64,000 nt of DNA from Verrucomicrobiaceae bacterium (GCA_046346695.1 JAXMHS010000004.1:98085-162084), one strand, 5' to 3'; numbered from the stretch's first letter, positions 1 to 10,307 are shown. Notes: generated by a model not told the origin, from the sequence alone. Numbers and translations are program-made.

Positions 1-424
1 CGCAGCCGATCAAATCATCACAGGCCGTGGCTTCAATACGGCTGTTGGTCACGTTGACCGGGAAGTTCCATGTCGCGATCTGTCCCTTCGCTTTGCGCAG
101 ACCTTTCTTCACCGCGGCATCGATGGATTCCTGAGGGATGCCACCGGCGCCGAGAAAATCCCACTCATCACGCTTCTTGCTGCCCGTGGGTTTGACGAAG
201 CCCGGATGGTCCATGTGCGCGGCAAACACCCAGGTGGGCTTGCTCTTGGCCTTGCCGTTCTTGTAAGTGGCCAGGAGATTGCCGAACTTGTCACGCTTCA
301 ACTTCACGTGACGGCAGCCTTTCAGCAGCGACTCGATCTCCGCGCGCACGTGATATTCATGAAACGGCGCCGTGGGCTGCTTGAGGAGTCGCTTGAGAAT
401 GTTGTTGAGGTTGGGCGATGCCAT
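1..424 (-). CDS. M42/M20/M28-like metallopeptidase, 5' part (runs off window start)
   Basis: Manual translation from ATG at 424: MASPNLNNILKRLLKQPTAPFHE...RDKFGNLLATYK...VFAAHMDHPGF...ACDDLIGC; AHMDH and DD metal-binding motifs; not in ORF track because partial. Confidence 0.75.
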   Translation of the reverse strand, partial: MASPNLNNILKRLLKQPTAPFHEYHVRAEIESLLKGCRHVKLKRDKFGNLLATYKNGKAKSKPTWVFAAHMDHPGFVKPTGSKKRDEWDFLGAGGIPQESIDAAVKKGLRKAKGQIATWNFPVNVTNSRIEATACDDLIGC

Positions 425-464
425 GCGCCATCGTAACTCGATTTTCGCAAACACCAAACGCCTC

Positions 465-1484
465 GTGAAGAAGCTTCGATATTTCTTTGAGACCCTCGTG
501 ATTCGATTCGCCGTCTGGCTCCTTCCGCGGCTGCCACGGTGGTTCATCATGGCCTTGTCGCGTTGGAGCGGCTCCATCGCCTACTGGTGTGACCAGCGCG
601 GACGCAGCACCGCGCTGGAAAATCTATATTACGCCTTCGGTGACCGCCACACACTCGCGGAACGAAAGCTCATTGCCCGCCGCTCTTATCAAGTGTTCGC
701 CCGCACATTTTTGGATCTGTTCTGGTCGTCTTACCTTTCGCCTGACAACTGGCAGCAATACTTCAGCGTCCGTTTGCACGATTCGCAGGTTGAAGAGGAG
801 GCACGGCGGAAAGGCGGCATTTGGGTGACACCGCATTTCGGCAATTTTGAATTCGTGAGTTTGGGTTGGGGATTTCGCGGCCTGCCTTTCACGGTGGTGG
901 CGCAAAACTTCAAGAATCCCGCCCTCACTCCCATTTTCAGCCGCCTGCGCAGTCATTCGGGCCAGTTCGTGATTCCCCAGGAATCCGCCATGATCAAAGT
1001 GATGAAACACCTGAAACGTGGCGGCTATGTTGGCATGCTCGTGGATTTGAACATCCCGCCCGGCAACACGTCCGCGGCGGTGAAGTGCTTCGGCATGTGG
1101 AACTCCGTGCCCACCCTGCACGTGCAGCTTGCCCAGCGCCTGGGGCTTCCAATCATCCCGCTCGTGTGCCTGCCGCTGCCGGACGGCCGCTATGAATTGC
1201 GCACACTGGCGGACTTTCATCCAAAGCCCGACGATGACATCCAAGATCTGACACAACGTGTGTGGAACCACTGTGAAATGGCGATCCGCGAGCATCCTGA
1301 ATGCTGGATGTGGATGTACAAGCACTGGCGTTTCCGGCCCGTGGGCAAACCCGGTGTGAAGCACCCGGATTATCCCTCCTATTCGAACCTTTCCTGGGAT
1401 CTGTGGGACATCATCCCCGAGCCGTTGCGACCTGAGAAGCCGGAACCCCGAAAAAAGAAAAACAAGGGCGTCCCAACCAACTGA
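465..1484 (+). CDS. Lipid A lauroyl/lysophospholipid acyltransferase (LpxL/HtrB family)
   Basis: TPHFGNFE (HxxxxE/D), LVDLN, PECWMWMYKHWR motifs; GTG 465 chosen because the ORF-track start overlaps the divergent peptidase gene. Confidence 0.85.
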   Translation: MKKLRYFFETLVIRFAVWLLPRLPRWFIMALSRWSGSIAYWCDQRGRSTALENLYYAFGDRHTLAERKLIARRSYQVFARTFLDLFWSSYLSPDNWQQYFSVRLHDSQVEEEARRKGGIWVTPHFGNFEFVSLGWGFRGLPFTVVAQNFKNPALTPIFSRLRSHSGQFVIPQESAMIKVMKHLKRGGYVGMLVDLNIPPGNTSAAVKCFGMWNSVPTLHVQLAQRLGLPIIPLVCLPLPDGRYELRTLADFHPKPDDDIQDLTQRVWNHCEMAIREHPECWMWMYKHWRFRPVGKPGVKHPDYPSYSNLSWDLWDIIPEPLRPEKPEPRKKKNKGVPTN

Positions 1485-1570
1485 AAGACCGGCCCTCACG
1501 TGCCAGTTTTTTCATTGCCCCACGAGTCCTGCGCACGTAAACCTCACGCCTTCCAAAAAAACACCCGCCA

Positions 1571-3001
1571 ATGTCCATCCCGCATCTTCCCGCCCTCCGC
1601 AAAGGCCGTCCTTATGAGTCGCTCGACAAGGTTCAGGTCAAAGACCACAAAACGGGCGAAGTCTGCGCCGAAGTCAGCCAGGTGAACGCCGGCATCGTGC
1701 GCAAGGATCTGGCGAAGATCGGCGAAGCACGCGCGGCGCTGAAGAAATTCACGGTGGAGCAACTCATCGAGATCACCGCGAAGGCGGGAGACTTTTTCCT
1801 CAATGGCACGCTGCCGCTCGGTGACAAAGGTCACACGCAGTCGCCGCAGGAGTACATCGCCACGCTTTCCCGCACCAGCGGCCTGCCGCACATCATGGTG
1901 AAGCGCAACATGACGAAGATTCACTTCGCCATGACCAACATGAAGATGATCCTCAACGGCCTCTCCCGCGGCCTGGACCTGAGCGTCATCGACCGCGGCT
2001 TCGGCACGCAGGCCGGCTGCCCTGTGGCGTATTTCCCGACCACGAAGTCCCTGGGCCTCGTGATGCCGAGCAACTCCCCCGCGGTGAACTCCCTCTGGCT
2101 TCCGTCCATCGCGTTGAAGATTCCCGTCGTGATCAAGCCGGGACGCGAGGAGCCATGGACGCCCTTCCGTCTTATTCAGGCATTCATCGCCGCCGGTGCG
2201 CCTGCGGAGGCGTTTGGCTTCTACCCCACCGACCACGAAGGCAGCGGCGAAGTCATCAAGCTCAGCGGCCGCAATCTCGTCTTTGGTGATGTCAACATCG
2301 CCAAGATGTATGAGAACAACCCCGCCGTTCAGGTTCACGGTCCAGGCTGGAGCAAGATCATCATCGGTGAAGACAAGATCGAAAACTGGAAGGAATACAT
2401 CGACGTCATCGTCAGCTCCATCAGCGACAACGGTGGCCGTTCCTGCATCAACGCCTCCGCCGTCATCGTGCCAAAGTATGGCAAGGAAATTGCCACCGCC
2501 ATCGCCGAGCGTCTCGGCCCGGTGAAGCCCACCACAGCAGACGACGACAACGCGCGCCTCTCTGGTTTCGCGAACGTGAAGATGGCCGACTACATCGACA
2601 GCGCCATCGACAACGATCTCAAGACGCCCGGCGCCGAGGACGTCACCGCCAAGTTCCGCGACGGCCCGCGCAAGGTCGAGTTTGAAGGCGGTACCTTCCT
2701 GCGCCCCACCATCATCTGGTGCTCCGACAACAAGCATCCGCTCGCCAACCGCGAGTTCCTCTGCCCTTACGCCAGCGTTTTGGAAGTTCCGCAGAGCGAA
2801 GTGCTCGGCCGCATCGGCTACTCGCTCATCGTCACCGCCATCACGCAGGATCCCGCCTTCATCAATGACCTGCTCGAATGCGGCGACATCGACCGTCTCA
2901 ATATCGGGCCGATCAGCACGATGAAGATCAGTTGGGACCAGCCGCACGAAGGAAACATGTTCGAGTTCCTCTACAAGCGCCGCTCCATCGACTGCGCGTG
3001 A
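1571..3001 (+). CDS. Aldehyde dehydrogenase-superfamily protein (atypical, acyl-reductase-like)
   Basis: MPSNSPAVN, KPGREEP, GPGWSK, catalytic GGRSCINAS, EFLCPY; typical host codon usage. Confidence 0.8.
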   Translation: MSIPHLPALRKGRPYESLDKVQVKDHKTGEVCAEVSQVNAGIVRKDLAKIGEARAALKKFTVEQLIEITAKAGDFFLNGTLPLGDKGHTQSPQEYIATLSRTSGLPHIMVKRNMTKIHFAMTNMKMILNGLSRGLDLSVIDRGFGTQAGCPVAYFPTTKSLGLVMPSNSPAVNSLWLPSIALKIPVVIKPGREEPWTPFRLIQAFIAAGAPAEAFGFYPTDHEGSGEVIKLSGRNLVFGDVNIAKMYENNPAVQVHGPGWSKIIIGEDKIENWKEYIDVIVSSISDNGGRSCINASAVIVPKYGKEIATAIAERLGPVKPTTADDDNARLSGFANVKMADYIDSAIDNDLKTPGAEDVTAKFRDGPRKVEFEGGTFLRPTIIWCSDNKHPLANREFLCPYASVLEVPQSEVLGRIGYSLIVTAITQDPAFINDLLECGDIDRLNIGPISTMKISWDQPHEGNMFEFLYKRRSIDCA

Positions 3002-3019
3002 CCTGAACTCGCACACGTC

Positions 3020-3553
3020 ATGGGCTACTTGGTCAAAGCATCGTTCAATACGGAACCCCGGTCATATGCACTGGAGGGCATCAAGACAGATGTTCAGGCC
3101 AAAATACTCGTACCGACCGCGTTGGTTCGTCATGAGAAGCAGGACTTCTGGTATTCCGTCAGCGAGTTGATTGGCGAATCTCCGACGCCATCGTTTCGGT
3201 ACCTGTGCGAGCATTGCAAAAGTTGGATTGTCGGCCGCAAGATTGATGTGGGCCTTCAAATCAAGTGTGGCAAATGCGGGCAGATGTCCGACATCCCCGA
3301 CATTGAGGCCCGCCAGCGGGCCGTTCAGAATCACGACGCACCCAAACAGGCGAAGTCATTGATGATCGCCGGTGTCGTGGTTGCGTCGTTTGGAATCCTT
3401 TCGACGGTTGCGAGCTATTTCTCGGCCATGCAACCGGGCGGCAGGGCTTATGCCATTTTTTCCGGGCTGATCATCTTGGGGCTCGGAACATTTCATCAAG
3501 GCTGGAGCCGGTCTGCTCAAATCCGACGCAAAACGTCTTCCGACAAAAAATAA
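3020..3553 (+). CDS. Hypothetical membrane protein with zinc-ribbon (CEHC..CGKC) and two C-terminal TM helices
   Basis: ORF fills the gap between ALDH and ADH; its TAA overlaps the next ATG (TAATG); atypical codon usage. Confidence 0.6.
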   Translation: MGYLVKASFNTEPRSYALEGIKTDVQAKILVPTALVRHEKQDFWYSVSELIGESPTPSFRYLCEHCKSWIVGRKIDVGLQIKCGKCGQMSDIPDIEARQRAVQNHDAPKQAKSLMIAGVVVASFGILSTVASYFSAMQPGGRAYAIFSGLIILGLGTFHQGWSRSAQIRRKTSSDKK

Positions 3554-4671
3554 TGTCCCTCGCCCCCTTCGATCACCAGCCCCGCACCCGACTCGTTTAT
3601 GGCAACGGTACGCTGGCTCGTGTCGGTGAGCTGGCGCGTGAGATTGGCGGCACACGGGCGCTGGTGGTGAGTGATCCCGGCATCGTCGGCGCGGGTTACG
3701 TGACGCGTGCGGTCAGCTTCCTCGTCGAGACCGGACTGCAGGCGCGTGTGTTTGGCGAGGTGCGCGAGAATCCCAGCACGGAGGATGTGGATGCTTGCGT
3801 CGCAGCAGCGCGTGAGTTTGGCGCTGATCTCATCATCGGTCTCGGCGGCGGCAGCAGCATGGACACCGCGAAGGGCTGCAACTTCATCCTCACCAACGGC
3901 GGACGCATGCACGACTACTGGGGTGTCGGCAAGGCCACGAAACCCATGCTGCCGCTCATCGCCATTCCCACCACCGCTGGAACTGGCAGCGAGTGCCAGA
4001 GCTTTGCGCTCATCTCCGATCCCGAGACGCACGTGAAGATGGCCTGTGGTGATCCCAAGGCCGCTGCGAAGGTCGCCATCCTCGATCCCGAGCTCACCAT
4101 CTCCCAGCCGCAGCGTGTCACCGTCTGCACCGGCATCGACGCGCTCTCGCACGCGCTCGAAACCGCCGTCACGAAGAAGCGTAACGCGCTCTCATCCCTT
4201 TACTCCCGCGAAGGCTTCCGCCTCTGCCACTCCGGCTTCAGCCGCGTCCTGCGCGATCCGAAGGATGTCGAAGCCCGCGGCATGATGCTCCTCGGCGCCG
4301 CCTACGCCGGAGTCGCCATCGAGAACAGCATGCTCGGCGCCGCACACTCCTGCGCCAATCCCCTCACCGCCTTCTTTCACACCGTGCATGGAGAGGCCGT
4401 CGGCGTCATGCTGCCCCACGTCATCCGCTTCAACTCCGCGTTGCCCGAAATCGCCGCCATCTACGAAAGCTACTTCGACGGCGACCTCGCCGACCGCGTC
4501 AGCGAACTTCTCTGGGAAGCCAAGATGCCCCGCACCATCACCGAGCACGGTGCCAAGGAGGAAAACCTCCGCGAACTCGCCGAACTCGCCGCCAAACAGT
4601 GGACCGCCCAGTTCAATCCTCGGGAACCCAGTGTGGAAGACTTTGTCGAGATGTATCGCGCGGCGTTGTGA
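3553..4671 (+). CDS. Iron-containing alcohol dehydrogenase
   Basis: GLGGGSSMDTAK, IPTTAGTGSE, GIDALSHALE, AHSCAN, HGEAV motifs. Confidence 0.93.
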   Translation: MSLAPFDHQPRTRLVYGNGTLARVGELAREIGGTRALVVSDPGIVGAGYVTRAVSFLVETGLQARVFGEVRENPSTEDVDACVAAAREFGADLIIGLGGGSSMDTAKGCNFILTNGGRMHDYWGVGKATKPMLPLIAIPTTAGTGSECQSFALISDPETHVKMACGDPKAAAKVAILDPELTISQPQRVTVCTGIDALSHALETAVTKKRNALSSLYSREGFRLCHSGFSRVLRDPKDVEARGMMLLGAAYAGVAIENSMLGAAHSCANPLTAFFHTVHGEAVGVMLPHVIRFNSALPEIAAIYESYFDGDLADRVSELLWEAKMPRTITEHGAKEENLRELAELAAKQWTAQFNPREPSVEDFVEMYRAAL

Positions 4672-5648
4672 GCCCTGTTGAACAACTTGATGCGCTGCTC
4701 GCACGGCCCGAGCCGCTGCTGGCGCTGGCACCAATGCAGGATGTCACCGATCTGGGCTTCTGGCGGCTGATGACGCGTTATGGCGGAGCGGATGTGTATT
4801 ACACGGAGTACTTTCGCGTGCATCCTGACTCGCATTTGGAAAAGCCGATCCTGGCATCGATCACGGAGAATCCGACGGGGCGTCCGGTGGTGGCGCAGAT
4901 GATCGGCAATGATGTCCCATCCCTCGTGCGCAATGCGAAGGAACTGCAGCAGCATGCGGTGGCGGCGATTGATCTAAATCTCGGCTGTCCGGCACCGGTG
5001 GTTTACAAGAAGTGCGCGGGTGGCGGCCTGCTGCGTGATGTGCCGCGCATCGAGTGCATCCTCGGCACGTTGCGGGAGGCGGTGGAGATCAAGTTCACGG
5101 TGAAGACACGGCTGGGGTTCGATGACACGGAGACGCTCGACACGTTGGTGCCGCTGTTTGCGAAGCACGGCGTCGATCTGGTCACGATTCATGGCCGCAC
5201 GGTCATGCAGATGTATCGCGATGGGGTGCGCTACGATTTGATCGGCCAGGCGAGGTCAAACCTCCCCTGCCCTGTGCTGGCGAACGGCAACGTGGGATCG
5301 CACGGCGATGCGGCATCGATCGTGATGCAGACAGGCGTGCATGGTCTGATGATTGGCCGCGGGGCGATTCGCAATCCGTGGTTGTTTGACCAGATTCGCC
5401 AGCACTGGCGCGGCGAGACGGTGTTCCAACCGACCGGCGAGGACCGGATGGCGTATGTGGAGGCGCTGTATGACGCGGTGACGACACCCTGCACGCGCGA
5501 ACTCGACCAGGTGAACCGCCTCAAGAAGCATCTGAACTTCTTCGGCCCCGATGTGACGGGCGCGGAGGGCTTTCTGCATGACATGCGCCGCAGCACGACG
5601 CGTGCGGGGCTGATGGAGGTGTGTTCACGGTATTTCGGCGTAGGCTAG
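4668..5648 (+). CDS. tRNA-dihydrouridine synthase (Dus family)
   Basis: LAPMQDVTD, IDLNLGCP, GGGLL, VTIHGRT, ANGNV, MIGRGA; GTG at 4668 overlaps the ADH stop (GTGA). Confidence 0.9.
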   Translation: MSPVEQLDALLARPEPLLALAPMQDVTDLGFWRLMTRYGGADVYYTEYFRVHPDSHLEKPILASITENPTGRPVVAQMIGNDVPSLVRNAKELQQHAVAAIDLNLGCPAPVVYKKCAGGGLLRDVPRIECILGTLREAVEIKFTVKTRLGFDDTETLDTLVPLFAKHGVDLVTIHGRTVMQMYRDGVRYDLIGQARSNLPCPVLANGNVGSHGDAASIVMQTGVHGLMIGRGAIRNPWLFDQIRQHWRGETVFQPTGEDRMAYVEALYDAVTTPCTRELDQVNRLKKHLNFFGPDVTGAEGFLHDMRRSTTRAGLMEVCSRYFGVG

Positions 5649-6349
5649 GGTGATTGCTTTTTATTCTTGTCAAAAAGCCTTTGGAAAAACGACTTTTTAT
5701 CTTTGAAGTCAGGTTGGGGGTTCGGTTTAGGCAGCAAGGCGGGTGGTACTCCAGAGGTGTCCATGCCCCGGGGAACCGAACCGAAGAAATTTAGAATGCG
5801 TTTGCCTGTCTCATCAAAATAAACTGAGCCAACTTCACCGCCAGCGCCTTCGAACAACTGCTTGCAGCGAATAATTCCATTCGGCTTACGCCACTGCTGA
5901 ATTTTCCAAGCTCCAGCTTCATCGTAAATGCTCTCAAGCGAGTAGATCAGCACGCCTGATGAAAAGTACTGGCCCGTCCAGACCTCCCGACCGCGGTCAT
6001 CGTAACGATGGAGATCCACCAACCAAGGCACGATATCGCTCTTGTCGTTTGGGACTGCTGGCAAGCCATTGTCCCTGTAATAAATCTCGGACAATCGGCG
6101 GCCTCGCGGATCAAACGAGGACCGTGTTGCGACAACGCCAATTGGAGATGGCCAGGGGTAGATTTCCAGCTTCCCAGACTCCGCCTGGTCAAAGGCAGCA
6201 GCCAGTTCGCTTGATCTTATCATGTAACGTTTGCGTATTCCGTGATCGCTCTGGGACAGCAGTTCCGGCAAACCCGCTTCCTCGTCGAAGAACGCCTCTG
6301 GCTCACTCGCATTGTTTTGCGGCACCATCTTCAGTTTACCCACACTCAT
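5645..6349 (-). CDS. Hypothetical protein with repeated YD/YwqK-like beta-hairpin motifs
   Basis: RYDDRGREV..QYFSSG, IYDEAG..QWRKPNG, YFDETGKRI; AT-richer than flanks; start uncertain (ORF open to 6586). Confidence 0.55.
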   Translation of the reverse strand: MSVGKLKMVPQNNASEPEAFFDEEAGLPELLSQSDHGIRKRYMIRSSELAAAFDQAESGKLEIYPWPSPIGVVATRSSFDPRGRRLSEIYYRDNGLPAVPNDKSDIVPWLVDLHRYDDRGREVWTGQYFSSGVLIYSLESIYDEAGAWKIQQWRKPNGIIRCKQLFEGAGGEVGSVYFDETGKRILNFFGSVPRGMDTSGVPPALLPKPNPQPDFKDKKSFFQRLFDKNKKQSP

Positions 6350-6748
6350 TTGGGGTGACGCCTGAGTCTTTGCCACATCCAACCCACGGGTCTCGCACAA
6401 CGAGTGAAAAAACTGGGGGACGAATCCATTGATACAAGCCACCTCGGCGGGAATGGCCATGAGCCCCATCATGATGATCAGCCAGCTTTGTTTGAAGCGT
6501 CGATTTGCTGGTGCCCGTGACGCTGTGTGTTCAAGCGCTCCGCTGGGCAAATCGCAACCTGATCTGTTCACAAGCCAATTTGACATATTGAGGATTCTTC
6601 ACAAGGGCATCCAGTGATGTTTCATGAGCAAATGCTTTCCCCTTTGGGGCTTGCGCCTAAAGCAGGACCAAGAGGGCGATTTCACTGTCTGTCCTGCTGC
6701 TTTTCCCGCATTGGACATCCCCCAAAGCCTATGCTATTCGCAGGCCCC

Positions 6749-8473
6749 ATGTCACTCGCACGAACCCTTGTCTCCACCTTTGCCCTGGCTCCCGCGCTGC
6801 TCGGCGCCGCGGAGAAGATTGATTTCAACAAGCAGATCAAACCATTGCTCGAAGGTGCCTGCACGCACTGCCACGGCGCGAAGGAGGACAAGGGCGACTT
6901 CCGCATGCACACGCTGGAAGACATCAAGAAGGGCAACGAAAATGGCCCCGGCCTCACTCCCGGCGATCTGAAGAAGAGCTCGATCTACACGACGTTGCTG
7001 CTGGCACCGGATGAAGACACGGCAATGCCGCCGAAGAAGGAAGGCATGCTGGAGAAGAGCCAGATCGAGGTGATCAAGACCTGGATCGAACAAGGTGCCG
7101 AATGGCCCGGCGGCGTGGTGCTGGAACAGACGCCGCGCATCAAGTTCGAGAAGCACATCCAGCCGATTTTGGAGCAGAACTGCGTGTCCTGTCACAATCC
7201 CGACAAGTCGAAGGGCGACTGGATCATCACGACGAAGAAGGAAGCCTTCACCACAGGCGAGAACGCACCGAACATCGTGCCGTTCGACCTCAAGAAGAGC
7301 GCGATTTATCACCTGACCACGCTGGCAGCGGATGAGGACGATCTGATGCCGCCGAAGAAGAGCGGCGGGCCTTTGAGCAAGGAGGACGTCAATTACCTCA
7401 AGCTGTGGATCGAACAGGGCGCTCCGTGGCCGGATAATCTGAAGCTGACCGCGAAGGAGAAGAAGGGGCCGGCTTCCAACAACCCGGATACCCTGGAACT
7501 GGTGAAAAAGATTCACGCATTCATCGTGAAGACCTCGCAGGAGAAAAAGGAGGCGGACATGAAGCCTTACGACGCGAAGGTGCCGAAGACGGGCGCGCCG
7601 TTCAGCATGGTGGTGATCAAGAGCGGTGAGTTCATGATGGGCAGCCCGGACAGCGAGGCGAATCGCGGCGATGACGAAGGCCCGCAGGTGAAAAAGACCA
7701 TCAAGCCCTTCTGGATGGGCAAATACGAAATCACATGGGATGAATACGAGCCCTTCCAGCTCACCAGCGAAGGCCGCAACAAGGACGGCTCCCGCCAGGT
7801 GTGGAAGCCGACCGACAAACCGGAAGATCTGATCTCGCAACCGACGCCACCTTATCAGCCGATGGACTTCGGCATGGGCCGCGAGCGTTTCCCCGCGATC
7901 TGCATGACACAGCATGCCGCGAACAAGTACTGCCAGTGGCTGAGCGCGCAAACCGGTCACTTCTACCGCCTGCCGACCGAAGCCGAGTGGGAATACGCCG
8001 CCCGCGCCGGCACGAAGACCGCGTATTTCTTTGGCGACGATGCCGCGCAGCTCAAGGACTACGCGTGGTACTTCGACAACGCGCCGAACTTCCAATATGC
8101 GAAGGTGGGCGGCAAGAAGCCGAACCCATGGGGCCTTTACGACATCTACGGCAACGTGTGCGAGTGGTGCCTCGACCAATACACACCCACCACGCCTGCG
8201 GCTTCGATCCTCGGCAGCGACTGGGTGCGCTCGAAGACGCCGTATCCGCACGTCGCCCGCGGCGGCACCTATGACGATGATGCTGAGATGTGCCGCAGTG
8301 CCGCACGCAAGGCCTCCGATCCGCTTTGGAAGCAGCAGGACCCGCAGTTGCCAAAGAGCATCTGGTATCTGACCGATGCGACGTGGCTCGGCTTCCGCAT
8401 CGTGCGTCCGCTCGAGATTCCGACGGTGGAGGAAATGTTCGCCGCCTGGAACAACGGCGTGGCGAAGGAGTAA
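6749..8473 (+). CDS. Secreted SUMF1/EgtB/PvdO (FGE-fold) protein with two N-terminal planctomycete-type cytochrome c domains
   Basis: Signal peptide; CTHCH and CVSCH heme motifs each followed by a MPP..IxxWIEQGA tail; FMMGSP, RLPTEAEWEYAARAG, NPWGLYDIYGNVCEW, LGFR. Confidence 0.9.
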   Translation: MSLARTLVSTFALAPALLGAAEKIDFNKQIKPLLEGACTHCHGAKEDKGDFRMHTLEDIKKGNENGPGLTPGDLKKSSIYTTLLLAPDEDTAMPPKKEGMLEKSQIEVIKTWIEQGAEWPGGVVLEQTPRIKFEKHIQPILEQNCVSCHNPDKSKGDWIITTKKEAFTTGENAPNIVPFDLKKSAIYHLTTLAADEDDLMPPKKSGGPLSKEDVNYLKLWIEQGAPWPDNLKLTAKEKKGPASNNPDTLELVKKIHAFIVKTSQEKKEADMKPYDAKVPKTGAPFSMVVIKSGEFMMGSPDSEANRGDDEGPQVKKTIKPFWMGKYEITWDEYEPFQLTSEGRNKDGSRQVWKPTDKPEDLISQPTPPYQPMDFGMGRERFPAICMTQHAANKYCQWLSAQTGHFYRLPTEAEWEYAARAGTKTAYFFGDDAAQLKDYAWYFDNAPNFQYAKVGGKKPNPWGLYDIYGNVCEWCLDQYTPTTPAASILGSDWVRSKTPYPHVARGGTYDDDAEMCRSAARKASDPLWKQQDPQLPKSIWYLTDATWLGFRIVRPLEIPTVEEMFAAWNNGVAKE

Positions 8474-8498
8474 TGCCGCACATCCTCACCCAACCTCG

Positions 8499-8530
8499 AC
8501 GGGCCGCTGATCACTGCGGCCCGTTTTTTT
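8499..8530 (+). terminator. Rho-independent terminator
   Basis: ACGGGCCGC/GCGGCCCGT stem followed by a T-run. Confidence 0.8.
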
Positions 8531-8590
8531 GCTCGCCATCGAGGTAGAACCACGCTCAAGCTGCCGTTCCCACCCGCTCACTTTCCAATC

Positions 8591-10126
8591 ATGACGCAAT
8601 CCAACTCCTCCCGCGGCGCTGTGGCCGCCCTGGTCGCCGCCTTTCTTGGCTGGCTTTTCGACGGCTTCGAAATGGGTTTGTTCCCGCTGATTGGAAAACC
8701 TGCGTTGCAGGACTTGCTGCCCGGAGCGACTGCCAAGGCGCATGTGGACTGGTTCACGGTGATCATCGCCGTCTTCCTCGTCGGCGCGGCGACCGGCGGC
8801 GTGCTGTTTGGCTGGTTGGGTGACAAGCTGGGTCGCGTGAAGGCGATGACGCTGGCGATCTTCACGTATGCGATCTTCAGCGGCCTCTGCGCCTTCGTGA
8901 CGGAAGCATGGCACTTCGCGGGACTGCGTTTCATCGCTTCACTCGGCATGGGCGGTGAGTGGGCGCTTGGCGTGGCCTTGGTGAATGAGATCTGGGGAGG
9001 AAAAAATCGCGCGTGGATCGCTGGCATGATTGGAGCGGCCTCGAACATCGGCTTCCTGCTCACGGGGCTCATCAGCTGGCAGCTCAATGCGAGCTTGGAG
9101 ATCGTTACCGGCTGGATTCACGCGATGGGATTGTCACCGGAGAACACGGATTACCTGCTGCACAACCGCGCCTGGCGTTTCATTGCGGTGAGCAGCGCCT
9201 TGCCCGCCTTGATCAACTTCTTCATCCTGGTCTTCGTGCCCGAGTCCCACAAATGGGAGGAGGAGAAGAAGTCAGGAGGCACGTCTCATTGGGCCACGAT
9301 GGACCTCGTGGGCGTCTTGATAGCCTGCCTCGCCGCTTTGACGATCATCTATGTCTGGTCTCCGCTGTGCGATTGGGGCAATGCGATCGCTGCGGTCGTG
9401 ACAGTCGCAGGACTCGGCATCGCTCTCTGGGGCTATTTGCATCCTGTGCGCCAGTACATGGCACGCTCGGTGGCCGCCGGGGGCACCCAGTCAGGTGATC
9501 ATGGAACCATCATGCGCAATCTGCTTGTCGGGGCCGGACTGGCGGCGGTGGCCTTGCTCGGCACGTGGGGCTCCGCACAGCAGGCAGCGCGCTGGTCGTC
9601 GGACCTTGCTCCGAAGGGTGTTTCGCTTCCGATCATCGATTACGTGGTCATCTCCACGGCGCTGGGCGCCATTTTGGTCACGCTCATCACTCCCTTGGTG
9701 GCGGACAAGCTGGGACGCCGCGTGACCTATACGCTGCTCTGTGTTGCAAGTCTGGCGGTCTCGCTTGGGTTCTTCCAGACAAACGCACCTTTCACCGGAG
9801 ACAGCATTCCGTCCTCCCTGGTGATCAGCGCATTCCTGCTGGGGGGTATCACCGCCTCCTTCTATGGCTTTTTCCCGCTCTACTTCCCCGAGTTGTTCCC
9901 CACCAGCGTGCGTGCGACCGGCCAAGGCTTCTGCTTCAACTTTGGCCGTCTGATCGCCGCCATCGGTGCGCTGCAACTGGGCAATCTGATGACACTCTTC
10001 ACAGGCGAAAAGACCACCGCGCTGCAATCTGCCGCCAATGCCTACTCCGTTCTGTCCTGCATTTATGTCATTGGCATGATTGTGGTGTGGTTCGCCCCCG
10101 AGACCAAAGGACGGGCGCTACAATAA
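8591..10126 (+). CDS. MFS transporter (aromatic acid/sugar-like)
   Basis: GWLFDGFE, GWLGDKLGRV, GMGGEW, ADKLGRR, PELFPTSVRATGQG, PETKGR; about 12+ TM. Confidence 0.92.
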   Translation: MTQSNSSRGAVAALVAAFLGWLFDGFEMGLFPLIGKPALQDLLPGATAKAHVDWFTVIIAVFLVGAATGGVLFGWLGDKLGRVKAMTLAIFTYAIFSGLCAFVTEAWHFAGLRFIASLGMGGEWALGVALVNEIWGGKNRAWIAGMIGAASNIGFLLTGLISWQLNASLEIVTGWIHAMGLSPENTDYLLHNRAWRFIAVSSALPALINFFILVFVPESHKWEEEKKSGGTSHWATMDLVGVLIACLAALTIIYVWSPLCDWGNAIAAVVTVAGLGIALWGYLHPVRQYMARSVAAGGTQSGDHGTIMRNLLVGAGLAAVALLGTWGSAQQAARWSSDLAPKGVSLPIIDYVVISTALGAILVTLITPLVADKLGRRVTYTLLCVASLAVSLGFFQTNAPFTGDSIPSSLVISAFLLGGITASFYGFFPLYFPELFPTSVRATGQGFCFNFGRLIAAIGALQLGNLMTLFTGEKTTALQSAANAYSVLSCIYVIGMIVVWFAPETKGRALQ

Positions 10127-10278
10127 GCTCCCGCCATCAACCACGGGTTGGAGCAGGACTTTGTTTCTTTTCTTGCCACGGCGCCCTTCATAGATAATAA
10201 TTCACCCATATTAATTTCTCAGAAATAAGAAGCTCTTTACACCCACGGGTAAAAATTTATAGCTTCTATGATTTTATC

Positions 10279-10307
10279 TTGATCCTATCTTCGGAAGTTG
10301 TTACATT
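10279..10307 (+). promoter_or_regulatory. Sigma70-like promoter of marR with a palindrome in the spacer
   Basis: TTGATC-N17-TACATT; CTTCGGAAG inverted repeat inside the spacer; AT-rich intergenic region. Confidence 0.55.

Noticed and set aside
1544-3016. Long antisense ORFs shadowing real genes (e.g. 1544-3016, 6752-8251, 30083-31642, 40621-41874, 46946-48010, 54721-55914)
   Set aside because: Expected from high-GC codon bias on the opposite strand; no recognisable motifs.
3002-3560. attC flanking of other foreign-looking genes (3020-3553, 5645-6349, 51847-53973)
   Set aside because: No R''/R' boxes or paired arms found next to them.
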